NCBI GenBank assembly: GCA_023512375.1
Contig: JAILZS010000005.1
Location: forward strand, 19,370 to 83,369
Length of the DNA stretch: 64,000 nucleotides
Direction: 5' to 3'
Source of the DNA: Bacillota bacterium
GTDB taxonomy: Bacteria; Bacillota; Sulfobacillia; JAJZYS01; JAILZS01
This document shows positions 49,804 to 59,622 of this stretch, piece by piece. Below the pieces are notes generated by a model. It ran no database searches and had not been told where the DNA came from. It saw only the letters and a list, made by a program, of their open reading frames with translations. Within the stretch, counting starts at the first letter, position 1; each line of letters starts with the position of its first letter. A program made the position numbers and the translations under genes.

Positions 49804-51204
49804 ATGGGCACCCAACCGATCGTTCCGTCCCTGCGCCGGGCGGCCTCCCGGCCACAACCGGCGCCGCCCGCGGCCGCCGACGCCTGGCAGGCGATGACGG
49901 CCGAGCTCAAGCCGCCGCTCACGGCCGAGGAGGCGATGGCGGAGAGCTACCGCTGCCTTCTGTGCGGCGGCCCCTACGCCCAGGCCCCGTGCGTCGTCGC
50001 CTGCCCGTCGGAGGTCGACATACCGGGGTTCATCGCCGCCATCGGGGAGGGCGACGCCCGCCGCGCGGGGGAGATCGTCTTCGCCCACAACCCCTTGGGC
50101 GGCACCTGTGCCCGGGTCTGCCCCACGGAGGTCTTGTGCGAGGCGGCGTGCGTGCTCGTGCACGAGGGGCAGCGGGCGGTGGACATCGGCCGCCTGCAGC
50201 GCTACGCCACCGACGCCCTGCTCGCGGCGCCCGCCCCCTCCCCGGCGCCGGCCCCGGCCGGCCGCCGGGTGGCGGTGGTGGGCGCCGGGCCCGCGGGCAT
50301 GGCCTGCGCCGCCCGGTTGGCCGAACTGGGGTACGCGCCGACGGTGTTCGACGAGCGTCCCGAGGAAGGCGGCCTGGTGCGCTACGCCATCGCCCCCTAT
50401 CGGGAGCTCGCCGACCCCCTGCCGGCCGAACGGCGCCGCCTGGAGGCGCTCGGCGTGCGCTTCGTGTTCGGCCACCGCATCGACGGCCCCCAGGCGCTGC
50501 GCGCCCTGGAGGCGGAGTTCGACGCCGTCTTTTTGGGCGTGGGCATGGGGGAGGACAGCTCGGCCGGGATCGAGGGCGAGCACCTGCCGGGGGTGTGGAC
50601 GTCGCTCCCCTTCATCGAGGCCATCAAGGCGGGGCGGCTGCCCGAGGTGGGGGCGCGCGTGGCGGTGATCGGCGGCAACACGGCCATGGACGTGGCGCGG
50701 GAGGCGGTGCGGCTGGGGGCGCGCGAGGTGACCGTGCTCTACCGGCGCACCGAGGCGGAGATGCCGGCCTTCCGCCACGAGGTGGAGGAGGCCAAGGCCG
50801 AGGGCGTGCGCTTCTCCTGGCTGACGGCGCCGCTCCGGTTCGTGGGGCGTGACCGCCTGGAGGCGGTGGAGTGCCGCTACATGCGCCTGGGGGAGCCCGA
50901 CGCCTCGGGTCGGCGCCGTCCCGAGCCTGTGCCGGGGACGGAGTTCCTCCTCCCCGTCGACACGGCCGTGGAGGCCATCGGCCAGAGGCCGCGGGCCGAG
51001 TTCGCGCAGTGGATCGAGGGGCTTCGCTTCGAGGGCGGGCGCATCGCCTGCGATCCGGCCACGGGCCAGACCGACAACCCCCGTTACTTCGCCGGCGGCG
51101 ACGACGTGAACGGGGGCGACACGGTGGTGGAGGCGGTGCGCTGGGGCAAGGCGGCGGCCGAGGGCATCGACCGCTACCTGCGCGCCGGGGGGAGCGGGCG
51201 ATGA
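49804..51204 (+). CDS. GltD/SudA/PreT-like FAD- and Fe-S-containing NAD(P)H oxidoreductase
   Basis: RCLLC...PC...CP, CARVCP...CE..C, GAGPAG, YRR, FAGGD; true start may be ~49894. Confidence 0.88.
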   Translation: MGTQPIVPSLRRAASRPQPAPPAAADAWQAMTAELKPPLTAEEAMAESYRCLLCGGPYAQAPCVVACPSEVDIPGFIAAIGEGDARRAGEIVFAHNPLGGTCARVCPTEVLCEAACVLVHEGQRAVDIGRLQRYATDALLAAPAPSPAPAPAGRRVAVVGAGPAGMACAARLAELGYAPTVFDERPEEGGLVRYAIAPYRELADPLPAERRRLEALGVRFVFGHRIDGPQALRALEAEFDAVFLGVGMGEDSSAGIEGEHLPGVWTSLPFIEAIKAGRLPEVGARVAVIGGNTAMDVAREAVRLGAREVTVLYRRTEAEMPAFRHEVEEAKAEGVRFSWLTAPLRFVGRDRLEAVECRYMRLGEPDASGRRRPEPVPGTEFLLPVDTAVEAIGQRPRAEFAQWIEGLRFEGGRIACDPATGQTDNPRYFAGGDDVNGGDTVVEAVRWGKAAAEGIDRYLRAGGSGR

Positions 51205-51497
51205 GCGCGGCAGAGGCGGTCGACCTGGCGCCCGGCGGCGCGCCGCCTGCGTTGGCGCCCGAGGCCACGGTGCGCTACCGCCAGGGCACGAGCGCCTTGG
51301 TGGTGCGCCGCGCCTACTGCAAGGGGTGCGACCTGTGCGTCCAGGCCTGCCCGAGCCGCATCCTCGCCTTGGACGAAGAGGAGCGCGTGTACGTGACCGA
51401 CATCGACCGCTGCCTGTTCTGCGGCGCCTGCGCCGGGCGCTGCCCGGACTTCGTCTTCGTCCTCGAGCGGGAGGGGAGGGGATCGCTGTGGCGCTGA
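51201..51497 (+). CDS. korD: 2-oxoacid:ferredoxin oxidoreductase delta subunit (2x[4Fe-4S])
   Basis: CKGCDLCVQACP and CLFCGACAGRCPD. Confidence 0.8.
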   Translation: MSAAEAVDLAPGGAPPALAPEATVRYRQGTSALVVRRAYCKGCDLCVQACPSRILALDEEERVYVTDIDRCLFCGACAGRCPDFVFVLEREGRGSLWR

Positions 51498-52639
51498 GGC
51501 TGGTCATGGGCAACGAGGCGGTGGCGCAGGGGGCGCTGGCGGCCGGGTGCGACTTCTTCGCCGGCTACCCCATCACCCCCGCCACCGAGATCCTGGAGGA
51601 GATGGCGCGTCTTCTGCCCCCGCGGGGCGGCGTCTTCCTCCAGATGGAGGACGAGCTCGGGGCCATGGCCGCGGTGATCGGCGCCGCCTGGGGCGGTGCC
51701 CGGGCCATGACCGCCACCTCGGGTCCCGGCTTCACCCTCATGCAGGAGCACATCGGCTACGCCGCCATCACCCAGACCCCGTGCGTGGTGGTAGACGCGC
51801 AGCGCTCCGGCCCGTCCACGGGCCAGCCCACGCTCCCCTCCCAGGGGGACGTCATGCAGGCCCGCTTCGGCACCCACGGCGACCGCCCCGCCCTCGCCCT
51901 CACCGCCTCGTCGGTGCGGGGGGCGTACGACCGCACGCGCCTCGCCTTCACCCTGGCGGAGCGCCACCGCCTGCCCGCCGTCCTCCTCCTGGACGCCGTG
52001 GTCTCCCACATGCGCGAGCCGGTCGACCTACCCCCGCCGCCGCCGCCCGCGCGCCGCACCTTCGCTGCTCTCCCTTCTGGCGCGCCCCGCTTCGGCCCCC
52101 GCGCCCCCTTCGTGCCCTTCGGCGTGGGGGAGCCGACGGTGGTGACCGGGCTGGCGCACGGGCCGACGGGTGCGACGGGAGGGGGGAGCGGCGCCTTCAC
52201 CGCCGACACCCTGCGGGCGGTGGGCGAGGCCCTGGCGGCCGACCCCGACGTGGCGGCGGCGGTGGAGGCGTACCGGACCGAGGACGCGGACCTCCTCCTG
52301 GTGGCCTTCGGCATCACCGCCCGGGCGGCGCGGGAGGCGGTGGACCGCCTGCGCCGGGAGGGGACGCGGGCGGGCCTGTTGGACCTCGGGGTGCTGTGGC
52401 CCTTCCCCGCCGCGGCGGTGGCCCAGGCGGCGGAGCGCGCCCGCGCCGTGGTGGTGGCGGAACTCAACCTGGGCCAGCTCACCCTGGCGGTGGAGGCGGC
52501 GGTGGCCGGGCGCGCCCCCGTCTACCCCCTCCTGCGCGCCGACGGCGGCCTGCTCGAACCGGAGGCGATCTCCCGCTTCGCCCAGGGCGCGGCGACGGGC
52601 GAGGCGCGGGCGGCGAAGGAGGCGATGGCCGGTGCCTAG
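51488..52639 (+). CDS. korA: 2-oxoglutarate(2-oxoacid):ferredoxin oxidoreductase alpha subunit
   Basis: GNEA, FAGYPITPATE, QMEDE, TATSGPGF.LMQE, QRSGPSTG.PT, ELNLGQ. Confidence 0.88.
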   Translation: MALRLVMGNEAVAQGALAAGCDFFAGYPITPATEILEEMARLLPPRGGVFLQMEDELGAMAAVIGAAWGGARAMTATSGPGFTLMQEHIGYAAITQTPCVVVDAQRSGPSTGQPTLPSQGDVMQARFGTHGDRPALALTASSVRGAYDRTRLAFTLAERHRLPAVLLLDAVVSHMREPVDLPPPPPPARRTFAALPSGAPRFGPRAPFVPFGVGEPTVVTGLAHGPTGATGGGSGAFTADTLRAVGEALAADPDVAAAVEAYRTEDADLLLVAFGITARAAREAVDRLRREGTRAGLLDLGVLWPFPAAAVAQAAERARAVVVAELNLGQLTLAVEAAVAGRAPVYPLLRADGGLLEPEAISRFAQGAATGEARAAKEAMAGA

Positions 52640-53459
52640 GCTCGGTGTGGATGTCGATTGCTACCTGAAGACCGAGGCCCTGCCCACGGTGTGGTGCCCG
52701 GGGTGCGGCAACGGCACGGTGGTACAGGCGCTGGCCCTGGCCCTGGCGCGCCTCGGGCGCCCACCCGAAGAGGTGGCCGTAGTGGGGGGCATCGGCTGCA
52801 GCGGGCGCACGCCCTTCTACGTGCGCACCCACGCCATGCACACCACGCACGGGCGCGCCCTCGCCTTCGCCACCGGCCTCAAGCTGGCCCGGCCCTCGCT
52901 CACGGTGGTGGTGGCCACGGGGGACGGGGACCTTTTGGCCATCGGCACCAACCACTTCCTCCACGCCGCGCGGCGCAACGTCGACCTCACCGTCCTCCTG
53001 TTCAACAACGGCATCTACGGCATGACCGGGGGGCAGATGGCGCCCACCACGCCCGAGGGAGGGCGGACCACCACCTCCCTCGCCGGCAGCGCCGAGCGAC
53101 CCTTCGACGCGGTGGAGCTGGCCATGGCGGCGGGAGCGACGTACGTCGCCCGCACCACCACCTTCGACATGCAGGAGCTGCCCCTGCGCATCGAGGAGGC
53201 GATCCGCCACCCGGGCTTCGCCCTGGTGGAGGTGATCACCCAGTGCCCCACCTACTTCGGCCGCCTCAACCGCATCGGCGAGGCACCCGAGATGCTCCTG
53301 TGGGAGCGCGACCACACGGAGGACCTCCATGGCGCCGGGGAGGGGCTGGCGCTACCCGCCCTAACGACCGGCGTCTTCCGGCAAGAGCGGCGTACCGAAT
53401 ACACGGAGGCGTACCGCGCCCTGTGCGCCGCCCGGGGGGGACGATACGGTGACGAGTGA
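52632..53459 (+). CDS. korB: 2-oxoglutarate(2-oxoacid):ferredoxin oxidoreductase beta subunit
   Basis: WCPGCG, GIGCSG, HTTHGRA, TPP motif GDGD...NNGIYGMTGGQ. Confidence 0.9.
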   Translation: MPRLGVDVDCYLKTEALPTVWCPGCGNGTVVQALALALARLGRPPEEVAVVGGIGCSGRTPFYVRTHAMHTTHGRALAFATGLKLARPSLTVVVATGDGDLLAIGTNHFLHAARRNVDLTVLLFNNGIYGMTGGQMAPTTPEGGRTTTSLAGSAERPFDAVELAMAAGATYVARTTTFDMQELPLRIEEAIRHPGFALVEVITQCPTYFGRLNRIGEAPEMLLWERDHTEDLHGAGEGLALPALTTGVFRQERRTEYTEAYRALCAARGGRYGDE

Positions 53460-54030
53460 GCGCGACGCCGTGCGCATCCGCCTCACCGGCCGGGGCGGGC
53501 AGGGGATCATGCTGGCCGGCGCCATCCTGGCCGAAGCGGCCATGCGGGACGAGCGGTACGTGACCGAGACGCAGGAGTACGGGCCGGAGGCGCGCCTGGG
53601 GGCGACGAAGGCCGACCTGGTGGTGGCGAATCGGCCCATCGCCTTCCCCGACGTCGTCCGGCCCGACCTCCTCCTGTGCCTGTCGCGCCCCGGCTACCTG
53701 AAGTACGGGCGGGGCGTGGCACCCGGCGGCCTCATGGTAGTGGACGACCGCATCGCCGTGGAGGAAGACACCACGGCCGAGGGGGCGGCGGTGGTCCGCC
53801 TTCCCCTGCGCCGCACGGCGCGCGAGCTGGGCGACGAGATCGCCACGAACATCGTCGGCCTGGGCGCCCTGGCGGCCCTGTCGGACGTGGTGAGCGAACA
53901 GGCGCTGGCGGCGGCGGTGGCGGCGCGTACCAAGCCGGAATTCGCCGACCTCAACGCCCGCGCCGTGGCGGCCGGGCTGGCGCTGGGCCGGGAGGCGAGG
54001 CGGGGGGGGCGGTCGGCGGCCGCCTCGTGA
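53449..54030 (+). CDS. korC: 2-oxoacid:ferredoxin oxidoreductase gamma subunit
   Basis: GRGGQGI, QEYGPEARLG, NIVGLG. Confidence 0.85.
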   Translation: MTSERDAVRIRLTGRGGQGIMLAGAILAEAAMRDERYVTETQEYGPEARLGATKADLVVANRPIAFPDVVRPDLLLCLSRPGYLKYGRGVAPGGLMVVDDRIAVEEDTTAEGAAVVRLPLRRTARELGDEIATNIVGLGALAALSDVVSEQALAAAVAARTKPEFADLNARAVAAGLALGREARRGGRSAAAS

Positions 54031-54052
54031 AGCGTGCGGGGAGGTGGCGGCG

Positions 54053-54628
54053 ATGGTGGAGATCCGTTGGCACGGCCGCGGTGGCCAGGGGGCGAAGACG
54101 GCGTCGCAACTCCTGGCCCTGGCCCAGATGCGCGCCGGCCTGGAGGTGCAGGCCTTCCCCGAGTACGGGCCGGAGCGTACGGGTGCGCCCATGCGCGCCT
54201 ACAACCGCGCCGACCGCCGACCCATCCGCCGGCACGACGGCGTGACGCGGCCGGACGTGGCGGTGGTGCTGGACGACTCCCTGTTGGGGGAGGAGGCGGT
54301 GGCGGCGGGGCTCGGGCCGGGCGGCCTCCTGTTGGTGAACACCCGCCTGGGGGAGGAGGCGGTGCGCCGGGCCACGGGCCACACGGGCCCCGTCGCCTGC
54401 CTGGACGCGGACGGCATGGGGCGCGCCCACGGCGCCCGCTACGCCAACCCGGTGCTGGTCGGGGCGTTGGCCGCCCACCTGGGCGACGTGCCCCTGGAGG
54501 AGCTGCTCGCCGCCGCCTCCGAGTTGTGGGGGGGGCGCCTGTCCGGCCAGGCGCTGGCCGCCAACCAGGCGGCGGCGGCGGCCGGCTTCGCCTGGGCGGA
54601 GGGGAGGAGATGGGCATGGGCGGGGTGA
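54053..54628 (+). CDS. porC: pyruvate:ferredoxin oxidoreductase gamma subunit
   Basis: EIRWHGRGGQGAKTA, QAFPEYGPERTGAP. Confidence 0.88.
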   Translation: MVEIRWHGRGGQGAKTASQLLALAQMRAGLEVQAFPEYGPERTGAPMRAYNRADRRPIRRHDGVTRPDVAVVLDDSLLGEEAVAAGLGPGGLLLVNTRLGEEAVRRATGHTGPVACLDADGMGRAHGARYANPVLVGALAAHLGDVPLEELLAAASELWGGRLSGQALAANQAAAAAGFAWAEGRRWAWAG

Positions 54629-54936
54629 CGGCCGAGGGGTTCGTCCCCTTCTCTCTCCCGGGCGGGCGCGTGGCGCCCACCCCGGAGCGCAGGCCGCGCA
54701 CGGGCGGCTGGCGCACGGGCCGGCGCCCGGAGGCCGACCTGAGCCGGTGCGTGAACTGCCTTTTGTGCTGGGCCTACTGCCCGGACCGGGCGATCCGGGT
54801 GCGCGGCGGCACCTTCCTCGGCATCGACGACGACCTGTGCAAGGGGTGCGAGATCTGCGTCGCCGCCTGCCCGACGGGGGCGCTCGCCATGGTGGCGGAG
54901 GCGGCGGGGGAGGGGGCGACGGGCGATGGCATCTGA
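54610..54936 (+). CDS. porD: pyruvate:ferredoxin oxidoreductase delta subunit
   Basis: TGGWR...P, CVNCLLCWAYCPD, CKGCEICVAACP. Confidence 0.88.
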   Translation: MGMGGVTAEGFVPFSLPGGRVAPTPERRPRTGGWRTGRRPEADLSRCVNCLLCWAYCPDRAIRVRGGTFLGIDDDLCKGCEICVAACPTGALAMVAEAAGEGATGDGI

Positions 54937-56155
54937 CGGGGCCCGCAGCGCCGCGGTGGCCGGCGCCGATGCGCCCGCCGAGGGGCGGGTCGCCGCCCGG
55001 CGTCTGCTCACCGGCGCCCAGGCGGCGGCGGAGGCCATGCGCCAGATCGACCCCGACGTGGTGCCGGTCTACCCCATCACGCCGCAGACGCCGATCATCG
55101 AGGCCTTCGCCCGCCACCTGGCGGAGGGGCGCGTCCACGGCGAGATGGTGCACGTGGAGTCGGAGCACTCCGCCATGAGCGCCGCCGTGGGAAGCGCCCT
55201 GGCGGGGGCGCGCACGATGACCGCCACCGCCTCCCAGGGTCTGGCCTACATGGTGGAGGTGCTCTACCTCGCCGCGTCGCTTCGGGCGCCCATCGTGGTC
55301 GCCGTCGGAAACCGCGCCCTTTCCGGTCCGATCAACATCCACGGCGACCACTCCGACGCCATGCTGGCGCGCGACAGCGGCGCCGTTCAGCTGTTCGCGG
55401 AGAACGCGCAGGAGGCGTACGACCTCATGCTGTGCGCCCCCCGACTGTGCGAGCACCCTGAGGTACGCCTGCCGGCCCTGGTGGGGCAGGACGGCTTCAC
55501 CATCAGCCACAGCGCGGAGCCGGTGGCGCTCCTGGAGGACGCCGAGGCGCAGGCCTTCGTCGGCCCCTACCGGGAGGAGGACGCGCTCTTGGACGTCGAC
55601 CGCCCCCTCACCCACGGCGCGTTCGCCATGCCCGACGCCTACTTCGAGATCAAGGTGGAGCAGGCGAAAGCGTTGGAGCGGGCGGAGGGCGTATGGGCGG
55701 AGACGGCCGCCGCCTACCGCCGGCTGAGCGGCCGGGACGTGGCGGCGGTGGAGGCGTACCGCCTGGAGGGGGCGGGGCGCGTCCTGGTGGCCATGGGTTC
55801 GGCGGCGGGCACGGCCAAGGACGTGGTGGACGAACTCCGCGCGCGGGGGGAGGACGTGGGGCTCCTCAAGATCCGCCTCTTCCGCCCCTTTCCGCGCGCT
55901 CGCATCGCCGCCCTGTTGTCCGGGGCGACGGCGGTCGGGGTGCTCGACCGCGCCCTGTCGCCCGGCGGCTGGCCCCCCCTCTACGCCGAGGTGGCCGCCA
56001 CCCTCGCCGGGCAGGTACGGGTGCAGAGCTTCGTCGCCGGGCTGGGCGGGCGCGACGTGGGACCGGAGGAGATCCACGCCTTGTTCGCCGCCCTGGGCGG
56101 CGCGGGCGGGCAGGAGAGCGTCTACCTCGGGCTCGGCAGGGGGGGGTGGCGATGA
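54926..56155 (+). CDS. porA: pyruvate:ferredoxin oxidoreductase alpha subunit
   Basis: YPITPQT, VESEHSAMS, TASQGL, NRALSGPINIHGDHSD, FRPFP, GLGGRD. Confidence 0.92.
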   Translation: MASDGARSAAVAGADAPAEGRVAARRLLTGAQAAAEAMRQIDPDVVPVYPITPQTPIIEAFARHLAEGRVHGEMVHVESEHSAMSAAVGSALAGARTMTATASQGLAYMVEVLYLAASLRAPIVVAVGNRALSGPINIHGDHSDAMLARDSGAVQLFAENAQEAYDLMLCAPRLCEHPEVRLPALVGQDGFTISHSAEPVALLEDAEAQAFVGPYREEDALLDVDRPLTHGAFAMPDAYFEIKVEQAKALERAEGVWAETAAAYRRLSGRDVAAVEAYRLEGAGRVLVAMGSAAGTAKDVVDELRARGEDVGLLKIRLFRPFPRARIAALLSGATAVGVLDRALSPGGWPPLYAEVAATLAGQVRVQSFVAGLGGRDVGPEEIHALFAALGGAGGQESVYLGLGRGGWR

Positions 56156-57108
56156 ACGCGGATGCGGTGCGCCTGCGCGACCTGGCCCGGCGGGAGGAAG
56201 CCGCGCCGCGCTTTCTGGGCGGCCACGCCCTGTGCGCAGGGTGCGGTATCCCCGTCGTCGTGCGCACGGTGCTCAACGCCATCGAGACGCCGGTGGTGGT
56301 GGTGAACGCCACGGGTTGTCTGGAGGTGGCCACCACGCGCTACCCGGGCACGGCCTGGAATGTGCCTTGGCTGCACGTGGCGTTCGAGAACGCCGCCGCT
56401 GTGGCGAGCGGGGTGGAGACGGCGGAGCGGGTGCTCAGGCGGCGCGGGCGCCTCGCCGGGGAGCGGCCCACGGTGGTGGTGTTCGCCGGCGACGGCGGTA
56501 CGTACGACATCGGCCTGCAGGCCCTGTCCGGGGCCCTGGAGCGCGGGCACCGCCTCGTGTACGTGTGCTACGACAACGAGGCGTACATGAACACGGGCAT
56601 CCAGCGCTCCTCCGCCACCCCGGCCGGGGCCCGCACCACGACCACGCCCGTCGGTCCCGACGCCCTGGGCAAGGCGCAGCGGCGCAAGGACCTCACCGCC
56701 ATCGTAGCCGCCCACCGCATCCCCTACGTGGCCCAGGCCGCCATCTCCCACGTCCAGGACCTGGCGGCCAAGGCGCGGCGGGCGGCCGCCGCCGACGGGC
56801 CGGCGTTCCTCAATGTCCTAAGCGCCTGCCCGCTCGGGTGGGGGACACCGACGCGCGACAGCATCCTGTCCGTCCGCCTCGCCGTCGACAGCCGCTACTG
56901 GCCCCTGTTCGAGATCGTGGACGGCCGCTACCGCCTCACGTACGAGCCGGCCCGGGCCGTGCCCGTGTCCGAGTGGGTGGGCGGGCAGGAGCGCTTCCGC
57001 CACCTTGCCGCCCATCCGGAGATGCTGGCGGCGCTGCAGGCGGAGGTCGACGACGCCTGGCGGCGCCTTCGGGACCAGGTGGCGCGGGACGACGCCCGAT
57101 CCGCCTGA
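56152..57108 (+). CDS. porB: pyruvate:ferredoxin oxidoreductase beta subunit
   Basis: GHALCAGCG, ATGCLEV, FENAAA, GDGGTYDIG, DNEAYMNTGIQRS, CPLGW. Confidence 0.92.
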   Translation: MNADAVRLRDLARREEAAPRFLGGHALCAGCGIPVVVRTVLNAIETPVVVVNATGCLEVATTRYPGTAWNVPWLHVAFENAAAVASGVETAERVLRRRGRLAGERPTVVVFAGDGGTYDIGLQALSGALERGHRLVYVCYDNEAYMNTGIQRSSATPAGARTTTTPVGPDALGKAQRRKDLTAIVAAHRIPYVAQAAISHVQDLAAKARRAAAADGPAFLNVLSACPLGWGTPTRDSILSVRLAVDSRYWPLFEIVDGRYRLTYEPARAVPVSEWVGGQERFRHLAAHPEMLAALQAEVDDAWRRLRDQVARDDARSA

Positions 57109-57170
57109 GCTCGCCTCCCCCGTCCGCGCCGGCGGGGCGTGACACGAGGGGCGGGATGAGGTACGCTTCG

Positions 57171-57195
57171 TGTGTACCGTGTGTCATGGTACGCA
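57171..57195. promoter_or_regulatory. putative YtrA-type operator palindrome
   Basis: TGTGTACC-N9-GGTACGCA directly upstream of the GntR gene. Confidence 0.6.
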
Positions 57196-57220
57196 CAGAC
57201 ACTTCCGTAGGGGGACGGCG

Positions 57221-57622
57221 ATGTGGTTTCGCGTGGACCCGCGTTCCCCCACGCCTGTCTACCGCCAGGTGGTGGAGGGCGTGAAGGAGGCGGTGGCCAA
57301 GGGGGTGCTGGCGAGCGGTGAGCGCATGCCCTCGGTGCGCGAGCTGGCGGCGCGCATGACCCTCAACCACAACACGGTGGCGCGCGCCTACCAGGAACTC
57401 GTCCGGGAGGGCGTGATCGAGGTGGTGCAGGGACGCGGCGCCTTCGTCTCCCCCCGCCCTCCACCCCTGGACCGCGAGCGGCGCGTCGCCGCCCTGCTCG
57501 CCGCCCTTCGGCCCGTCGTGCGGGAGGCGCGCTACCTGGAGATGGAGGACGAGGAGGTCGTGGACCTGGTGCGCCGGGCGCTGGCCGACTGGCGCCAAGG
57601 GAGGGGAGGGGAGGGTGCGTGA
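57221..57622 (+). CDS. ytrA: GntR family regulator, YtrA subfamily
   Basis: PVYRQV, MPSVRELA, NHNTVARAY..L, GRGAFV; short C-terminus; precedes ABC genes. Confidence 0.85.
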   Translation: MWFRVDPRSPTPVYRQVVEGVKEAVAKGVLASGERMPSVRELAARMTLNHNTVARAYQELVREGVIEVVQGRGAFVSPRPPPLDRERRVAALLAALRPVVREARYLEMEDEEVVDLVRRALADWRQGRGGEGA

Positions 57623-58530
57623 ACGACGCCGTGCGCATGGAGGGCGTGACCAAGACCTATCGCGGCCGGCCGGCGTTGTCGGCCGTCGACTGGCGGGTGC
57701 CGGCGGGCAGCCTCTACGCCCTCATGGGGGCGAACGGGGCGGGCAAGACGACGCTCCTGCGCCTTGCGCTCGGCCTTGTCTGGCCGGACGCGGGCACGGT
57801 CGCCGTCCTGGGCGAGCGCCTGGGACGGGAGAACGCGCGCCTGCGCGAGCGCGTCGTATACGTGGCCGGAGGGCGCTCCGTCCTCCCCGGCCTGCGGGTG
57901 GAGGAGTGGCTGCGCTACGCCTCCCTCCTCTACCCGCGCTGGGACGACGGGCGCGCGGGGCGGATCCTGGACGCCCTCGGCGTCGGGCGGCGGGCGTTGG
58001 TGGGCGACCTGTCGGCGGGCCTGCAGACCGCCTTGCAGATGGCGGCGGGGGTCGCCGCCCGGCCGGAGCTATTCCTCCTGGACGAGCCGGCGGGCGGCCT
58101 CGACCCGGTGCTGAAGGACCAAGTGCTGAGGCTCCTCGTGGACATGGCCGCCGACCTGGGCACGACCGTCGTCGTCGCCACCCACCAGCCGGCAGACGCG
58201 GAGCGGCTGGCGGAGCGTGTGGCCGTGCTGTACGCGGGCCGCATCGTGCTCGAGGGGGAGATCGACGCGGTCAAGGCCAGCGTCCGCCGCCTGCAGGTGG
58301 TCTTCTCGCAGTCGTGGCCCGAAGGCTTGGCCGCCGACCCCAGGGTGTTGGCGGTGGAGAGGCGGGGACGGGTGGGGCTCGTCACCGTGGGCGAGGACGC
58401 AGAGGCGGTGGCCGAACTGTGCCGCCAGGCGGGGGCCACGCTTGTGGAGGGCGTGGACACCGACCTGGCCGAGGTGGTGCGGGTGGTGCTGGGCAAGGAG
58501 GGGTACGGTGTATCCGCCGGGTGGGAGTAG
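57619..58530 (+). CDS. ABC transporter ATP-binding protein (YtrB-like)
   Basis: GANGAGKTT, LSAGLQ, LLDEP, ATH. Confidence 0.9.
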   Translation: MNDAVRMEGVTKTYRGRPALSAVDWRVPAGSLYALMGANGAGKTTLLRLALGLVWPDAGTVAVLGERLGRENARLRERVVYVAGGRSVLPGLRVEEWLRYASLLYPRWDDGRAGRILDALGVGRRALVGDLSAGLQTALQMAAGVAARPELFLLDEPAGGLDPVLKDQVLRLLVDMAADLGTTVVVATHQPADAERLAERVAVLYAGRIVLEGEIDAVKASVRRLQVVFSQSWPEGLAADPRVLAVERRGRVGLVTVGEDAEAVAELCRQAGATLVEGVDTDLAEVVRVVLGKEGYGVSAGWE

Positions 58531-58552
58531 GGGGGCGGGGCGTGTCGCAGCC

Positions 58553-59548
58553 TTGCCACAGGCGGTGGTGTATCGCGAGGTGAGGGTGAACCGCGGCGTG
58601 TACGGGCTCGCCCTGGCCGCCCTCCTGGCCCCCTGGGCGCTCGCGCTCTGGCTCTCCCTGTCCGCGCCGCAACCTGCCCTTGCCCTGTCGTTCTTGGTGC
58701 GGGGCTACGCCGGCATGGGCGGCGTCCAACTCTACCAGGTGGCCGTGGCGGGGCTCTTCGGCATCGGCGTCGTCGCCCACGATCGGTGGCAGGGGGGCCT
58801 GGTCGACGTCCTGGAGGGACCGGTGCGCAGGCGCGACCTGTGGCTGGCCAAGGCGGGTGTGGGCGCGCTTGTGGTGCTGGCGGCGTCGGCGGCCGTGGCA
58901 GCGGCCATGGTCGCGGCGGGCGTGGCGACGGGCCTGGGCGGGATGGTGGGCGGGGTTCTTCTCACGACCTCGAGTCGAGTGGGCGCCCAGCTGGCCATGT
59001 TCGCCCTCGCCCTCGCCCTAGGCGGCGCCATGGCCCCTGCCTACGCCTTCGCGGCCACCCTCGTGTGCGCCGCCCTCCCCGCCCTCCTGGGCTCGCTTGT
59101 GGCCACGCTCTTCGTCCCGCTCTCCTACGCCTACGGACCGCTGCCCGCCGCCGGCCCCCCGTTGCCGGTGCGGTGGGCGCTCGACCTGTCCACCTTCCTC
59201 CCGAGCCTGTCGCCCCTGGCCCCATTGGGCGGCTTGTGGCTCCCGCTCGCCGCCCACGCCGCCTGGTTCCTCGCCTGCACCCTCGGGCTGGTCGCGCTCG
59301 GGCTCAGGTGGTGGGAGGCCGCTCCGTACGAACGCCTGCGCGACGCCTTCTTCCACCCGGTCCTCTGGGGTGTGTACCGGCTCTTCCTCGCTCTCGCCAC
59401 GGGGTTCGTCGCCTACGTTGTCATCGCCCGTGGGACGGGGAGGGGCGTCGCCTTCGCCGTCACCTACGGCCTTCTCTCGTTCCTGGCCTGGCTGGGCTGG
59501 GGCGCATGGTGGCGGCGCCGCGGGGCCGCCGGCGGCCGCGAGGCCTAG
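58553..59548 (+). CDS. ABC transporter permease
   Basis: Multi-TM protein with PVRRRDLWLAK motif; follows the ATPase; start uncertain. Confidence 0.75.
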   Translation: MPQAVVYREVRVNRGVYGLALAALLAPWALALWLSLSAPQPALALSFLVRGYAGMGGVQLYQVAVAGLFGIGVVAHDRWQGGLVDVLEGPVRRRDLWLAKAGVGALVVLAASAAVAAAMVAAGVATGLGGMVGGVLLTTSSRVGAQLAMFALALALGGAMAPAYAFAATLVCAALPALLGSLVATLFVPLSYAYGPLPAAGPPLPVRWALDLSTFLPSLSPLAPLGGLWLPLAAHAAWFLACTLGLVALGLRWWEAAPYERLRDAFFHPVLWGVYRLFLALATGFVAYVVIARGTGRGVAFAVTYGLLSFLAWLGWGAWWRRRGAAGGREA

Positions 59549-59622
59549 GAGCCTGTAGGGGTAACACGGCGGACCGGGTCGGCCGAGCCCAGGGAGTGGG
59601 GGGCGGCCAGACACGGGGGCGA

